From Acidobacteriota bacterium (GTDB lineage Bacteria > Acidobacteriota > Terriglobia > Terriglobales > Acidobacteriaceae), in the NCBI GenBank assembly GCA_016196065.1, contig JACPYL010000018.1:182185-246184 (forward strand): 64,000 bases of DNA. The letters run 5' to 3'. The notes beneath the pieces are model-generated. The model made no database searches and had not been told where the DNA came from. It saw only the letters and a program-made list of their open reading frames with translations. Every line of letters begins with the position of its first letter. Position 1 is the first letter of the stretch. Shown here one piece after another: positions 9,430 through 18,164 of this stretch. A program made the translations under genes and the position numbers.

Positions 9430-10629
9430 TTAGTGTTGAGCGCGGGCAAGATCTCGAATCTGGTTCAAGTATCCAACATAGATGGGAATCGGAATATCCG
9501 GCGAGTCCCCGTCATTCAGGAAATGTTCGAGCCGGATTTCCATCGGGATCGAACGGATCACTTCGCCGAAACGCGCCATCTGCAGATACTTCACGCGCCA
9601 GATCTCGAGCATCAGGGAACGATATTCTTCACTGATGAAATTCATCCGCCGATCGCCGAGATAGATGGAATCGAAATGGTGATCGGCAAGTTTCTGCCGA
9701 ATCGGATCACCCGGCATCGAGAACGCGTAGGTCAGGTGAAAAAGATCCGCGAGATCGCCCCACAACACCTTCTCTTCGAATGCGCTGAAGCGGAATGATG
9801 CAGCACCACGTTGCTGAGCCACCCTGGCGTGATCGCTGGGCGGCAATCCATGGCGGCCAAGTTCTTCCCGAAACCAGTGCAGGCGGTCCCGTGTCAGATT
9901 GTGGCGCAGAAATTCGACGGCATACGCGTTGGGAAGATATAGCTTTGGATCGCTGTCCAGACGCGCGATCCACGCCGCCCAGTCTCTCTGATCGAGTGCA
10001 TCAAGTAAATCCGTAAGGTCGGACAATTTTGTATCCGGGTGAAACTTCACTGCCTGCCAGAAATGTTCCGTGGAGTCGTAGGTTGCGCCATAGAGGTCGA
10101 TGCCCTCCGCGATCGGATACCAGTTTGAAAGCACCCGACCACTCATCGACGACGAGGCGCTCCAGCAATTCACGGAATGCTTCCACTTCTGCTGGACGGC
10201 CAGAAATGCCTCGGCATAGCCCGGTGGAGTCGACTCCTTGACGCGGGCAAGCGCTTGGCGAAGTTCGTCACTAGTATGGGTCAATAACGCTTCCAGCGGA
10301 CGTTCGTCGGCCATCGACACCACGCGACTCTCAATTCCACGACGCAGCAATTCCCGCCCCAGGTTCGATCGCTCCTCAGCCGTAATACCGCCCGGCCAGC
10401 GCCCGGTCTGGGACTCGATGTAGGGAAACATCTCTGCCAGCGACTTGAACTCTATGAACCCGTGTAGAGCAAACGGTATGGGGTGGCCATCTTTCAGAAC
10501 AACCGTCGACGGAGTGACAATCTCATCGAGCGATATCTGTGGAGTTTGAGCGAACACTGTTGCCGTCAGAATGAGGGCACACACTGCCAATGAAAAGACG
10601 CACAAAAAGTTTCGATACCATACCTTCAT
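9430..10629 (-). CDS. exported NADAR (YbiA/DUF1768)-like N-glycosidase domain protein
   Basis: Sec leader MKVWYRNFLCVFSLAVCALILTATVFAQ. LSNWYPI...YDSTEHFWQAVKF (nt 10042-10074) matches the E. coli YbiA core FSNFAAWPI...WPTSEHYFQAQKF. The distal KYLQ...RLEHFLNDGDSP resembles YbiA KFEQ...LVEHTENDAYWGDG. Confidence 0.55.
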   Translation of the reverse strand: MKVWYRNFLCVFSLAVCALILTATVFAQTPQISLDEIVTPSTVVLKDGHPIPFALHGFIEFKSLAEMFPYIESQTGRWPGGITAEERSNLGRELLRRGIESRVVSMADERPLEALLTHTSDELRQALARVKESTPPGYAEAFLAVQQKWKHSVNCWSASSSMSGRVLSNWYPIAEGIDLYGATYDSTEHFWQAVKFHPDTKLSDLTDLLDALDQRDWAAWIARLDSDPKLYLPNAYAVEFLRHNLTRDRLHWFREELGRHGLPPSDHARVAQQRGAASFRFSAFEEKVLWGDLADLFHLTYAFSMPGDPIRQKLADHHFDSIYLGDRRMNFISEEYRSLMLEIWRVKYLQMARFGEVIRSIPMEIRLEHFLNDGDSPDIPIPIYVGYLNQIRDLARAQH

Positions 10630-10715
10630 GCTGCCCTCCGGCCGTTCACTGGCCCATCATTCTACCAACGGCAAGATGTATGTGCTTCTTCTCCGCAAAG
10701 GGTTTGGTTGGCGCC

Positions 10716-10744
10716 TTGACGCTCCCCGGCACGAGTGTTAGATT
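10716..10744 (+). promoter_or_regulatory. sigma70-like promoter candidate for the FG-GAP gene
   Basis: TTGACG (10716-10721), a 17-nt spacer, then TGT-TAGATT (extended -10, 10736-10744). A GGAGAAG SD lies immediately before the ATG at 10798. Confidence 0.4.
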
Positions 10745-10797
10745 TTCGATTCCACGAGAGTGAAACTGGGAGCTTTCCTCTGAGTCGACCGGAGAAG

Positions 10798-13700
10798 ATG
10801 CGCCATCTCGTCGACGTTCCCGCAGCCGACACTGGCCGACGGAATTTCTTGATCCGATGCTGCCAGGGACTTTCTGCAGCATTCTTGCCAGCTAGCTTAC
10901 GCGGCCTTGCGTTCCCTTCCGTCAACCTGGCGATCACAAGCGGAGCGCTATCTACAGAGGGCGATTATCATTTACATCCGCATTACCGAAGCCCCACCTC
11001 CCTCGATGCCACGTTGCTCAAGGCGAAGGCCGGACTCGACGAATTCATCACCGAGAAGTATGCGTACGAAATCTCTGCGATTCTTGCGGGCTGGAGTGCG
11101 AGCCTGCTGCGATCGTCGCAGGACGTAAGCGCGATTGCTGGACGGCTCGCGCCGGGTTTTCTCGGAGCGTCACTACAACCGTTGGAGTCGCGCCAGTTGC
11201 GGCCGGGCCCAGCGGTCGAAGCGTTCCAGCACAAATTTTCAACGGACCTTTCCCTGCAAGCGGATGCGTTCCTTCAAGACCTGCGGTCTTGTCTGAATAC
11301 GTTTACGGGACTCTTGACTGCTGATTTTCAGATCACCACCATTGACGCTGGGCCATTGTCTCAAAGCCCACAGAGTTCATCACAGGTCAAGACTCGTATT
11401 CGCTATGAACTGGTAGGTACGGAGCGCAACTTCTATCGTGCACAGCGGGTTGGCTACTGGGAGATGCAGTGGACTTCAGATTCACCGGGCTCGTTCCTCT
11501 TGCACAGTTGGCACGCTCTCGAAGAGACAAACAGCCGCTCGGCCAAGCCGATCTTCGTGGACATCACAAACAATGCACTGAGGAACAACCCATCCTATTC
11601 ATCGCACTTACAGCGCGGGACTGACTACTGGCGCACCGTGCTGGATGGTGCCTGCGGCATTGATATCTACGGGCACAATGGCATCGCGGTCGGCGATTTC
11701 GACAGCGATGGCTTTGACGATCTGTACGTTTGCCAGCCAGCTGGCTTGCCCAACCGCCTCTATCGAAATCGCGGTGACGGAACCTTCCAAGACGTTACGG
11801 AGACTTCGGGTGTGGGCGTCCTCGACAATACTGCGTGTGCCCTTTTCGTCGACGTCGATAACGATGGCCGCCAAGACCTGATTGTCGTCTGCGCCAGTGG
11901 GCCTTTGTTGTACTTGAATCAAGGCAACGGACAATTTCGCCAAAAGCGGGATGCGTTTCACTTCGCAACTCCACCGCAGGGGACGTTCACGGGAGCGGCT
12001 GTCGCAGACTATGACCGGGACGGGTGGCTCGATATTTATTTCTGTCTCTACGTCTACTACCAGGGCGCCGATCAATACAAATATCCGTCTCCTTATTACG
12101 ACGCCCAAAATGGGCCCCCGAATTTCCTGATGCGCAATCAGCGTGACGGCACGTTCCGCGATGTCACTGGACAAACTGGCCTCGACAAGAACAACACACG
12201 CTACAGCTTTTGCTGTGCCTGGAACGATTTCGACGGTGACGGCTGGCCCGACCTGTATGTGGTCAATGATTTCGGCCGCAAGAATCTCTACCGCAACAAC
12301 GGCGACGGCACTTTCACCGACATTGCAGATCAGGCTGGCGTGGCCGATGTCGGCGCGGGTATGGGTGTCAGCTGGCTTGACTATGACAACGACGGTCGTC
12401 CTGATCTATACGTCGCAAATATGTGGACAGCCGCCGGCGAGCGCATCGCCCAGCAGGAAGCCTTTCAGGCACATGCATCCGCGGACGTCCGGGCTCGCTA
12501 TCGCAAACATGCAATGGGCAATTCGCTGTTCCACCACGATGGATCGGATGCACGGTCCAATCGTTTTCATGACGCAACGTCGTCGGCTGGAGTAGGGATG
12601 GGCCGCTGGGCGTGGTCGAGCGACGCGTGGGACTTTGACCACGATGGATTTTCGGATCTTTATGTCACCAACGGCATGGTTTCCGGCCCATCGCGCGACG
12701 ACTTGAATAGTTTTTTCTGGCGACAGGTTGTTGCGAAGTCTCCCGCGGAGGCCAAACCATCCCGTGAATACGAACAGGGCTGGAATGCGATCAACGAGTT
12801 GATTCGAGCGGACGGCACCTGGAGCGGATACGAACGAAACGTCTTTTATGCAAATAATCGTGACGGCACATTTTCCGATGTCTCCGGCGCGGTCGGAATT
12901 GATTTCCTGGAGGATGGCCGGGCCTTCGCGCTTGCTGACTTCGATCACGATGGCCGACAGGAAGTGTTCGTCAAGAATCGGAATGCCCCGCAGTTGCGAA
13001 TTTTACAAAACGTGCTGGACGATATGCCTCCGTCGATTGCATTTCGCCTGGAGGGATCGAAGAGTAACCGGGATGCGATCGGCGCAGTAGTCACACTGGA
13101 AACAGCATCGGGCCGGCAGATGCGCACTCTGCAGGCGGGGTCGGGGTTTCTCTCGCAACACAGCAAGGATGTGTTCTTCGGCCTTGGCAACGTTAAGGAC
13201 GTCGTGAAAGCGTCGATCCTCTGGCCCAGTGGAACGAGACAAGAACTTCATGAGTTACCGATCAACCATCGAATATGGATCAAGGAAGGCTCTGAGCCAT
13301 CGCGAATCGAACCATTCTCACTCAAGGCGAAATCAGTAGAAACGAACGGGACGACTGGCGCCTCTGCTTCACGCACCCAGCCTGATGACGCTGCCTTGCC
13401 AGTCACCATCGAAACATGGCTATTGGCGCCCGTTTCCGCGCCGGACTTCTCCCTGCTCGACCTCGCCGGGGAGTCCCGCACTCTGGCTTCATTTCGCGGG
13501 CAGTCTGTGCTCCTTAGTTTCTGGACGACTGAGTCCGCAAGCAGCCAGGCCGACATGACATCCTTGGAACGCGCGCGCACGCAATGGGCAGCGCAAGGAT
13601 TGCATGTTGTCACAATAAACATCGATAGTGGCAAGTCACAAACGGATATTGAGAAGTTCGCTCGCGAGCAACGTCTGACTTTCCCAATTCTTCGTATATC

Positions 13701-14700
13701 CGACGATGTGGCTGGCATCTACAACATCGTCTACCGTTACATCTTTGATCGCCATCGCGACCTGACCTTGCCAACATCGTTCCTGATAAGTGAAACGGGA
13801 GATATCGTAAAGATCTATCAAGGCACCCTGAACGCAGAACACGTCGAACAGGATTTTCGACATCAGCCGCACACAGCCGCGGAAAGGCTTGCGAAAGCGC
13901 TGCCGTTTCCGGGCGTGACGGACAGCACTGAGTTCGGACGCAATTATCTTTCTTATGGTTCTGTGTTCTTTCAACGCGGCTACTACGATCAGGCGGGCGC
14001 TGCATTCGAACGGGCTCTGCGCGATGATCCTGATAGCGCAGAGGCCCTCTATGGCATTGGGAGTGTGTATCTCAATCAGCAGAATACAGCTGAGGCTCGT
14101 CAGAGTTTCGAGCGAGCTACGAAGCTGCGCGCAAGTTATCCGGACACACTGGCGAATGCATGGAACAACCTGGGACTTCTTTCCGCACGCGAAGGCCGCA
14201 CTGAAGAAGCAATCGGATATTTCAAACAAGCTTTGCAATTGAGCCCCGACCATGTTGTCGCGCTGGAAAACATGGGCAGTGCGTACCGTCAATTGAAGCA
14301 GTGGGATGACGCACGGAGTTTCTTTGAGCGTGCGCTTGCCATCAGTCCCGACGATGCCGAGGCCAACTACGGACTAGGCATGGTGTTCGCCCAGACTGAT
14401 GATACGAACCACGCTCTCGATCATTTCCAAAGAGCGCTACGATCCCGACCGGCGTACCCCGAAGCGCTCAACAATCTGGGGATTCTCTACCTGAGAACAC
14501 AGCGGCGCGACGAGGCAGTAGCGAAATTTGAAGAGTGCATCCGAGTGGCGCCCCCCTTTGACCAGTCGTATTTGAACCTTGCGCGGGTGTATGCGTTGGA
14601 GCAAGCTTCGGACAAGGCTCGCGCCGTTTTGCTGGAACTTCTCAAGCAACGTCCAGGACATCTGCAAGCGCAGGAGATGTTGCAACGGTTAGGGCGATGA
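10798..14700 (+). CDS. FG-GAP/VCBS repeat + ASPIC/UnbV + thioredoxin-fold (cysteine-less) + TPR multidomain protein
   Basis: ATG at 10798 is preferred over the track GTG at 10735, which lies inside the promoter candidate. RRNFLIRCC is a Tat-like leader. There are seven D-x-D-x-DG-x-x-D repeats (DFDSDGFDDLYV through DFDHDGRQEVFV). The UnbV motif is NRDAIGAVVTLE..GSGFLSQ. A redoxin-like block follows (APDFSLLDLAG..VLLSFWTTESASSQ), then C-terminal TPRs. Confidence 0.8.
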   Translation: MRHLVDVPAADTGRRNFLIRCCQGLSAAFLPASLRGLAFPSVNLAITSGALSTEGDYHLHPHYRSPTSLDATLLKAKAGLDEFITEKYAYEISAILAGWSASLLRSSQDVSAIAGRLAPGFLGASLQPLESRQLRPGPAVEAFQHKFSTDLSLQADAFLQDLRSCLNTFTGLLTADFQITTIDAGPLSQSPQSSSQVKTRIRYELVGTERNFYRAQRVGYWEMQWTSDSPGSFLLHSWHALEETNSRSAKPIFVDITNNALRNNPSYSSHLQRGTDYWRTVLDGACGIDIYGHNGIAVGDFDSDGFDDLYVCQPAGLPNRLYRNRGDGTFQDVTETSGVGVLDNTACALFVDVDNDGRQDLIVVCASGPLLYLNQGNGQFRQKRDAFHFATPPQGTFTGAAVADYDRDGWLDIYFCLYVYYQGADQYKYPSPYYDAQNGPPNFLMRNQRDGTFRDVTGQTGLDKNNTRYSFCCAWNDFDGDGWPDLYVVNDFGRKNLYRNNGDGTFTDIADQAGVADVGAGMGVSWLDYDNDGRPDLYVANMWTAAGERIAQQEAFQAHASADVRARYRKHAMGNSLFHHDGSDARSNRFHDATSSAGVGMGRWAWSSDAWDFDHDGFSDLYVTNGMVSGPSRDDLNSFFWRQVVAKSPAEAKPSREYEQGWNAINELIRADGTWSGYERNVFYANNRDGTFSDVSGAVGIDFLEDGRAFALADFDHDGRQEVFVKNRNAPQLRILQNVLDDMPPSIAFRLEGSKSNRDAIGAVVTLETASGRQMRTLQAGSGFLSQHSKDVFFGLGNVKDVVKASILWPSGTRQELHELPINHRIWIKEGSEPSRIEPFSLKAKSVETNGTTGASASRTQPDDAALPVTIETWLLAPVSAPDFSLLDLAGESRTLASFRGQSVLLSFWTTESASSQADMTSLERARTQWAAQGLHVVTINIDSGKSQTDIEKFAREQRLTFPILRISDDVAGIYNIVYRYIFDRHRDLTLPTSFLISETGDIVKIYQGTLNAEHVEQDFRHQPHTAAERLAKALPFPGVTDSTEFGRNYLSYGSVFFQRGYYDQAGAAFERALRDDPDSAEALYGIGSVYLNQQNTAEARQSFERATKLRASYPDTLANAWNNLGLLSAREGRTEEAIGYFKQALQLSPDHVVALENMGSAYRQLKQWDDARSFFERALAISPDDAEANYGLGMVFAQTDDTNHALDHFQRALRSRPAYPEALNNLGILYLRTQRRDEAVAKFEECIRVAPPFDQSYLNLARVYALEQASDKARAVLLELLKQRPGHLQAQEMLQRLGR

Positions 14701-14731
14701 CCGCGAACGGCCATCGCCTCGATAGGAATAA

Positions 14732-15703
14732 TTAGTAGGCCTTGGCTACGAAGATGATCGCCAGGCAATAAAACGCGAACATGCCGAGCAGATAAATCTT
14801 CCCCCTGCCGGGCGCTCCGGCAAACTCTTTCCATGCGAACACACCCCAGAGAGCGCCGACCATGGGGGCCGACTGCCCAACCGCGTAGGAGATCGCAAAA
14901 CCCGTTGCGCCGCCGGCGACCACATTGAAAACCGTGCCGGTCGTCCAGATCGCGCCGCCGAGAAGACCGAGCAGATGTCCGGAAGCGGGCGCGCTGAAGA
15001 AGCCGGAGAAATCGACCGGTTCACCAGCGAGCGGCTTCTTCATGAAGTAGAGATTCCAGATGAAGCAGGAGAGCAGGGCTCCCAGCGTGAGGAACACGAC
15101 GGAGCTGTAGGGCGTAAGCGCATGGCCACGGGTCGCGCCGTAGGCGACAAAGGGATTCCATAGTCCCATCAGGACACCCGACACGATGCAAATCACGATG
15201 CTCTTGCGCGTGGTGGTGCGGCCGCCGGCGAGGCTGCCGAAGGCTTTGCCGTCGAGGATGACGGCAATCAGTGCGCAAGCAACGCCGGCTGCGAGGAACA
15301 GCATGTTGCCCTTTGGCTGCAGAATGTAGCTGAGCAAGGTGCCGACTACGAGCGCGATTCCGATGGAAACAGGAAGCGCAACCGCCAACCCGGCCATATC
15401 AATGGCGGCCACCAGCAGGAGGTTCGCTAGATTGAAGATCGCGCCACCGACCATGGTCCAGAGGATATTCGAGGTATCGGCCGAGCGCACGTTATTGAGG
15501 AAACTGGTGGCGTCGTTGCCCGTGCTGCCCATGGTGAAGGCGAGGAGGAGCGACATCAGGAAGATGCCGACCGCGTAATCCCAATAAAAAAGTTCGAAGC
15601 GATAGTTCTTGACGCCCTTGTAGGTATTGGCCCAGGAGCCCCAGCACATGGCGCTTCCGATCATCATCAACAGGGCGATTCCAAAACTCGGGGGTATATA
15701 CAT
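14732..15703 (-). CDS. DMT-superfamily (GRP/RhaT-like) sugar permease
   Basis: ATG at 15703 (MYIPPSFGIALLMMIGSAMCWGSW) is preferred over the track start at 15814, which overlaps the upstream gene. About 10 hydrophobic spans are visible. It lies 55 nt downstream of an exported nucleoside hydrolase on the same strand. Family assignment is by recollection only. Confidence 0.5.
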   Translation of the reverse strand: MYIPPSFGIALLMMIGSAMCWGSWANTYKGVKNYRFELFYWDYAVGIFLMSLLLAFTMGSTGNDATSFLNNVRSADTSNILWTMVGGAIFNLANLLLVAAIDMAGLAVALPVSIGIALVVGTLLSYILQPKGNMLFLAAGVACALIAVILDGKAFGSLAGGRTTTRKSIVICIVSGVLMGLWNPFVAYGATRGHALTPYSSVVFLTLGALLSCFIWNLYFMKKPLAGEPVDFSGFFSAPASGHLLGLLGGAIWTTGTVFNVVAGGATGFAISYAVGQSAPMVGALWGVFAWKEFAGAPGRGKIYLLGMFAFYCLAIIFVAKAY

Positions 15704-15758
15704 GGTTGCTCCTCGAAAGCGATCAGGTGTTCCGGGATGAAGCCCGGACACAACGACA

Positions 15759-16847
15759 CTACTTGCCGCGAATTCGTGTAACGAACATCTCCAGAAAACG
15801 GTCGGCATCAACATCGACGCAGACTTTGGCGTTCGGCTCGACTTTGTCCGCGCCTTCGATCAAATATCGATCACCGTGCAGCACGTTGCGCTCGACATAT
15901 CCGTGTCGATTGGCCACGGTTTCGCCGCGCGTGAATTCGCCACGTGTTTCCACGTCGACATGCATCTCCGGGGCTTTCACCAGGGTCGCATCAATGGCGA
16001 CTCCGACCGCGAGTGGATCGTACATGGGAGATCCCGGGGAGCCAAATTTTTCCGAGAGATCGATCAAATATCCCGCCACCTGAACCATGAAGTCGTTGAT
16101 CGGCCCGTGAGTCTGGCCGAGTTGTGCGAGGTATCTTCTCGAGAAGAGCGTCTTGTCGCCGACGTCGAGGCCAACCATGGTGAGGCGCCAACCTGCCTGA
16201 AAAACAATTTGCGCGGCCTCGGGGTCGTTGTAGATATTCGCCTCGGCTGCGGCGTTCACATTGCCACCCGTAATCGACCCGCCCATGATGATCACTTCCT
16301 TCACCAGGGGAACGATCGACGGATCCTTGAGAACGGCGAGCGCGATGTTGGTCAGCGGCCCTACGGGCACAAGTGTGAGTTCGTGTGGCGCCGCATGCAC
16401 CATTTGGATGATCAAGTCGGGGCCGTACCGTCCGTCCACTTTGCACTTACTGGGCGGCAGTTCGACATTTGCCAAGCCATTCTTGCCGTGCCAGAACTCG
16501 GCAGTGATCAATTTCTGAAAAAGTGGATGTTGCGCTCCCGCCGCAATCGGAATATCGCAGCGATTGGCGAGCGAGACCATCCGCAGAGCGTTTTCCAGGC
16601 CTTGTTGTGCAGTCACATTGCCCGGCACAACCGTGATGGCACGGACATCGAGTTCCGGCGAATTCAGGGCCAGCATCAACGCCATGGCATCGTCGGTACC
16701 CGGGTCGGTATCGAAGATCACCTTTCGCGTGGCACCCGCCGCGGGCGCAACCAGCAGTGCTACCAGACACGCGAACAAAACGACGGCGGAACTGATTGTT
16801 CGCTGAAATAGAGCGCTGCCTTTCATGCTTACCAAAGCATCCTCCAC
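15759..16847 (-). CDS. exported nucleoside hydrolase (canonical IUNH motif)
   Basis: GTG at 16847 or ATG at 16826 (MKGSALFQRTISSAVVLFACLVALLVAPAAGA leader). Motifs are VIFDTDPGTDDAMAL, AEANIYNDPEAA and MYDPLAVGVAID. Confidence 0.9.
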   Translation of the reverse strand: MEDALVSMKGSALFQRTISSAVVLFACLVALLVAPAAGATRKVIFDTDPGTDDAMALMLALNSPELDVRAITVVPGNVTAQQGLENALRMVSLANRCDIPIAAGAQHPLFQKLITAEFWHGKNGLANVELPPSKCKVDGRYGPDLIIQMVHAAPHELTLVPVGPLTNIALAVLKDPSIVPLVKEVIIMGGSITGGNVNAAAEANIYNDPEAAQIVFQAGWRLTMVGLDVGDKTLFSRRYLAQLGQTHGPINDFMVQVAGYLIDLSEKFGSPGSPMYDPLAVGVAIDATLVKAPEMHVDVETRGEFTRGETVANRHGYVERNVLHGDRYLIEGADKVEPNAKVCVDVDADRFLEMFVTRIRGK

Positions 16848-17067
16848 GACTTTAAGAATCGCGCCTTAACCTATTCCCGCCTTGGCCGAGTGTCAAGGTG
16901 AAAGTCGTATCGCGCGGTGGTCAACCATCGCCAACGCGGCGCTTTTGGCGCAGATCGGCCCAGATACATATTTCCTCGCATCTGCCGTAAAATGGCACAG
17001 CGTCACGCCCGCGAAGGCCTTTGTTTTCTCCGCCTTCATTTCGCGGACCGAGAGCGCGGGGTTTGTT

Positions 17068-18138
17068 ATGACAGCCGATCACGACCAACAGCGCGGGATT
17101 GCGCATGACATAGTTCAGCGCGACGTGCGGCGCGACGTTCCCCACGCCGCATCACCGGAGAATGTCATTGCCGATCTGGCCGGGCGTCCCCTGTTTCGCA
17201 ATACCGGAATCCCACTCGACGAACATTGGGTTAAAGACGTACGGGTCAACACCAGCGCGGTCGAACGGCGAGCCCAGTCCCAGGTTGCGCGAAGAACCGT
17301 TAAGAAGGACTGGCAAGCGGCGTGGCTACTGCGTTCGATCACGTGCATGGATCTGACCACGCTCTCCGGGGATGACACTGACGAACGAGTCCGCCGGTTG
17401 TGCGCGAAAGCACGGCAGCCGATTCGGCAGGACCTCGTCGAAAAATTGGGCATCGCAGGACTCGACATCAAAGTCGCGGCTGTGTGCGTGTATCACACTT
17501 TTATTGAAACCGCCCTGCACGCGCTCGAAGGCACGCGCATCCATGTTGCCGCCGTCTCCACGGGATTTCCTGCTGGCCTTTCGCCGCTCGCAGAGCGGGT
17601 CGCGGAAATTCGTCGGTCCGTAGAGGCTGGAGCGCATGAAATTGACGTCGTCATCACGCGGGCCCATGTTTTTGGCGGCCATTGGCAGGCGCTCTACGAC
17701 GAAGTTGCCGCGTTCAAACACGCCTGCGGCACGGCGCACATCAAAGTAATTCTAGGAACGGGCGACCTGTTGACTCTCCGCAATGTTGCGCGAGCCAGCG
17801 TCGTGGCCATGATGGCCGGCGCCGACTTCATCAAGACATCGACCGGCAAAGAGCCGACCAATGCAACCTTACCGGTGGGATTGGTGATGACACGCGCCAT
17901 CCGCGAATACGCGCAACGTACTGGTATGGCCGTCGGCTTCAAGCCAGCGGGCGGCATTCGCACGGCGAAACAGTCTCTCGATTGGCTAGCCATGATGAAG
18001 GAAGAGCTTGGCCTCTCGTGGGTGCGCGCAGAAATGTTTCGTTTTGGTGCGAGCGGATTGCTAGGCGACATCGAGCGGCAACTCGAACATCACGTGACGG
18101 GACGCTACTCGGCCGAGAATCGCCACCCGCTGGCGTAG
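17068..18138 (+). CDS. deoC: deoxyribose-phosphate aldolase, long (eukaryote/DERA-like) form
   Basis: ATG at 17068 is preferred over the TTG at 16882. Long colinear matches to human DERA as I remember it include ARRTVKKDWQAAWLL, MDLTTLSGDDT, STGFPAG, EIDVVI, MMAGADFIKTSTGKE (Schiff-base Lys), VGFKPAGGIR and HHVTGRY. Confidence 0.9.
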   Translation: MTADHDQQRGIAHDIVQRDVRRDVPHAASPENVIADLAGRPLFRNTGIPLDEHWVKDVRVNTSAVERRAQSQVARRTVKKDWQAAWLLRSITCMDLTTLSGDDTDERVRRLCAKARQPIRQDLVEKLGIAGLDIKVAAVCVYHTFIETALHALEGTRIHVAAVSTGFPAGLSPLAERVAEIRRSVEAGAHEIDVVITRAHVFGGHWQALYDEVAAFKHACGTAHIKVILGTGDLLTLRNVARASVVAMMAGADFIKTSTGKEPTNATLPVGLVMTRAIREYAQRTGMAVGFKPAGGIRTAKQSLDWLAMMKEELGLSWVRAEMFRFGASGLLGDIERQLEHHVTGRYSAENRHPLA

Positions 18139-18164
18139 TCGGCAGGAAAGAATCGAGCACACGA

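Noticed and set aside
10735-10797. Upstream GTG extension of the FG-GAP giant ORF
   Set aside because: The GTG lies inside a good -35/-10 promoter candidate. The ATG at 10798 has an SD and gives a Tat-like RRNFL leader close to the N-terminus.
15876-16811. 311-aa plus-strand ORF
   Set aside because: It is antisense to the canonical exported nucleoside hydrolase and has no motifs. Shadow ORF.
17682-18164. N-terminal 161 codons of the 955-aa track ORF (aldehyde dehydrogenase)
   Set aside because: This part overlaps deoC in another frame and is Arg-rich nonsense. ALDH homology begins at the ATG at 18165, just after the deoC stop.
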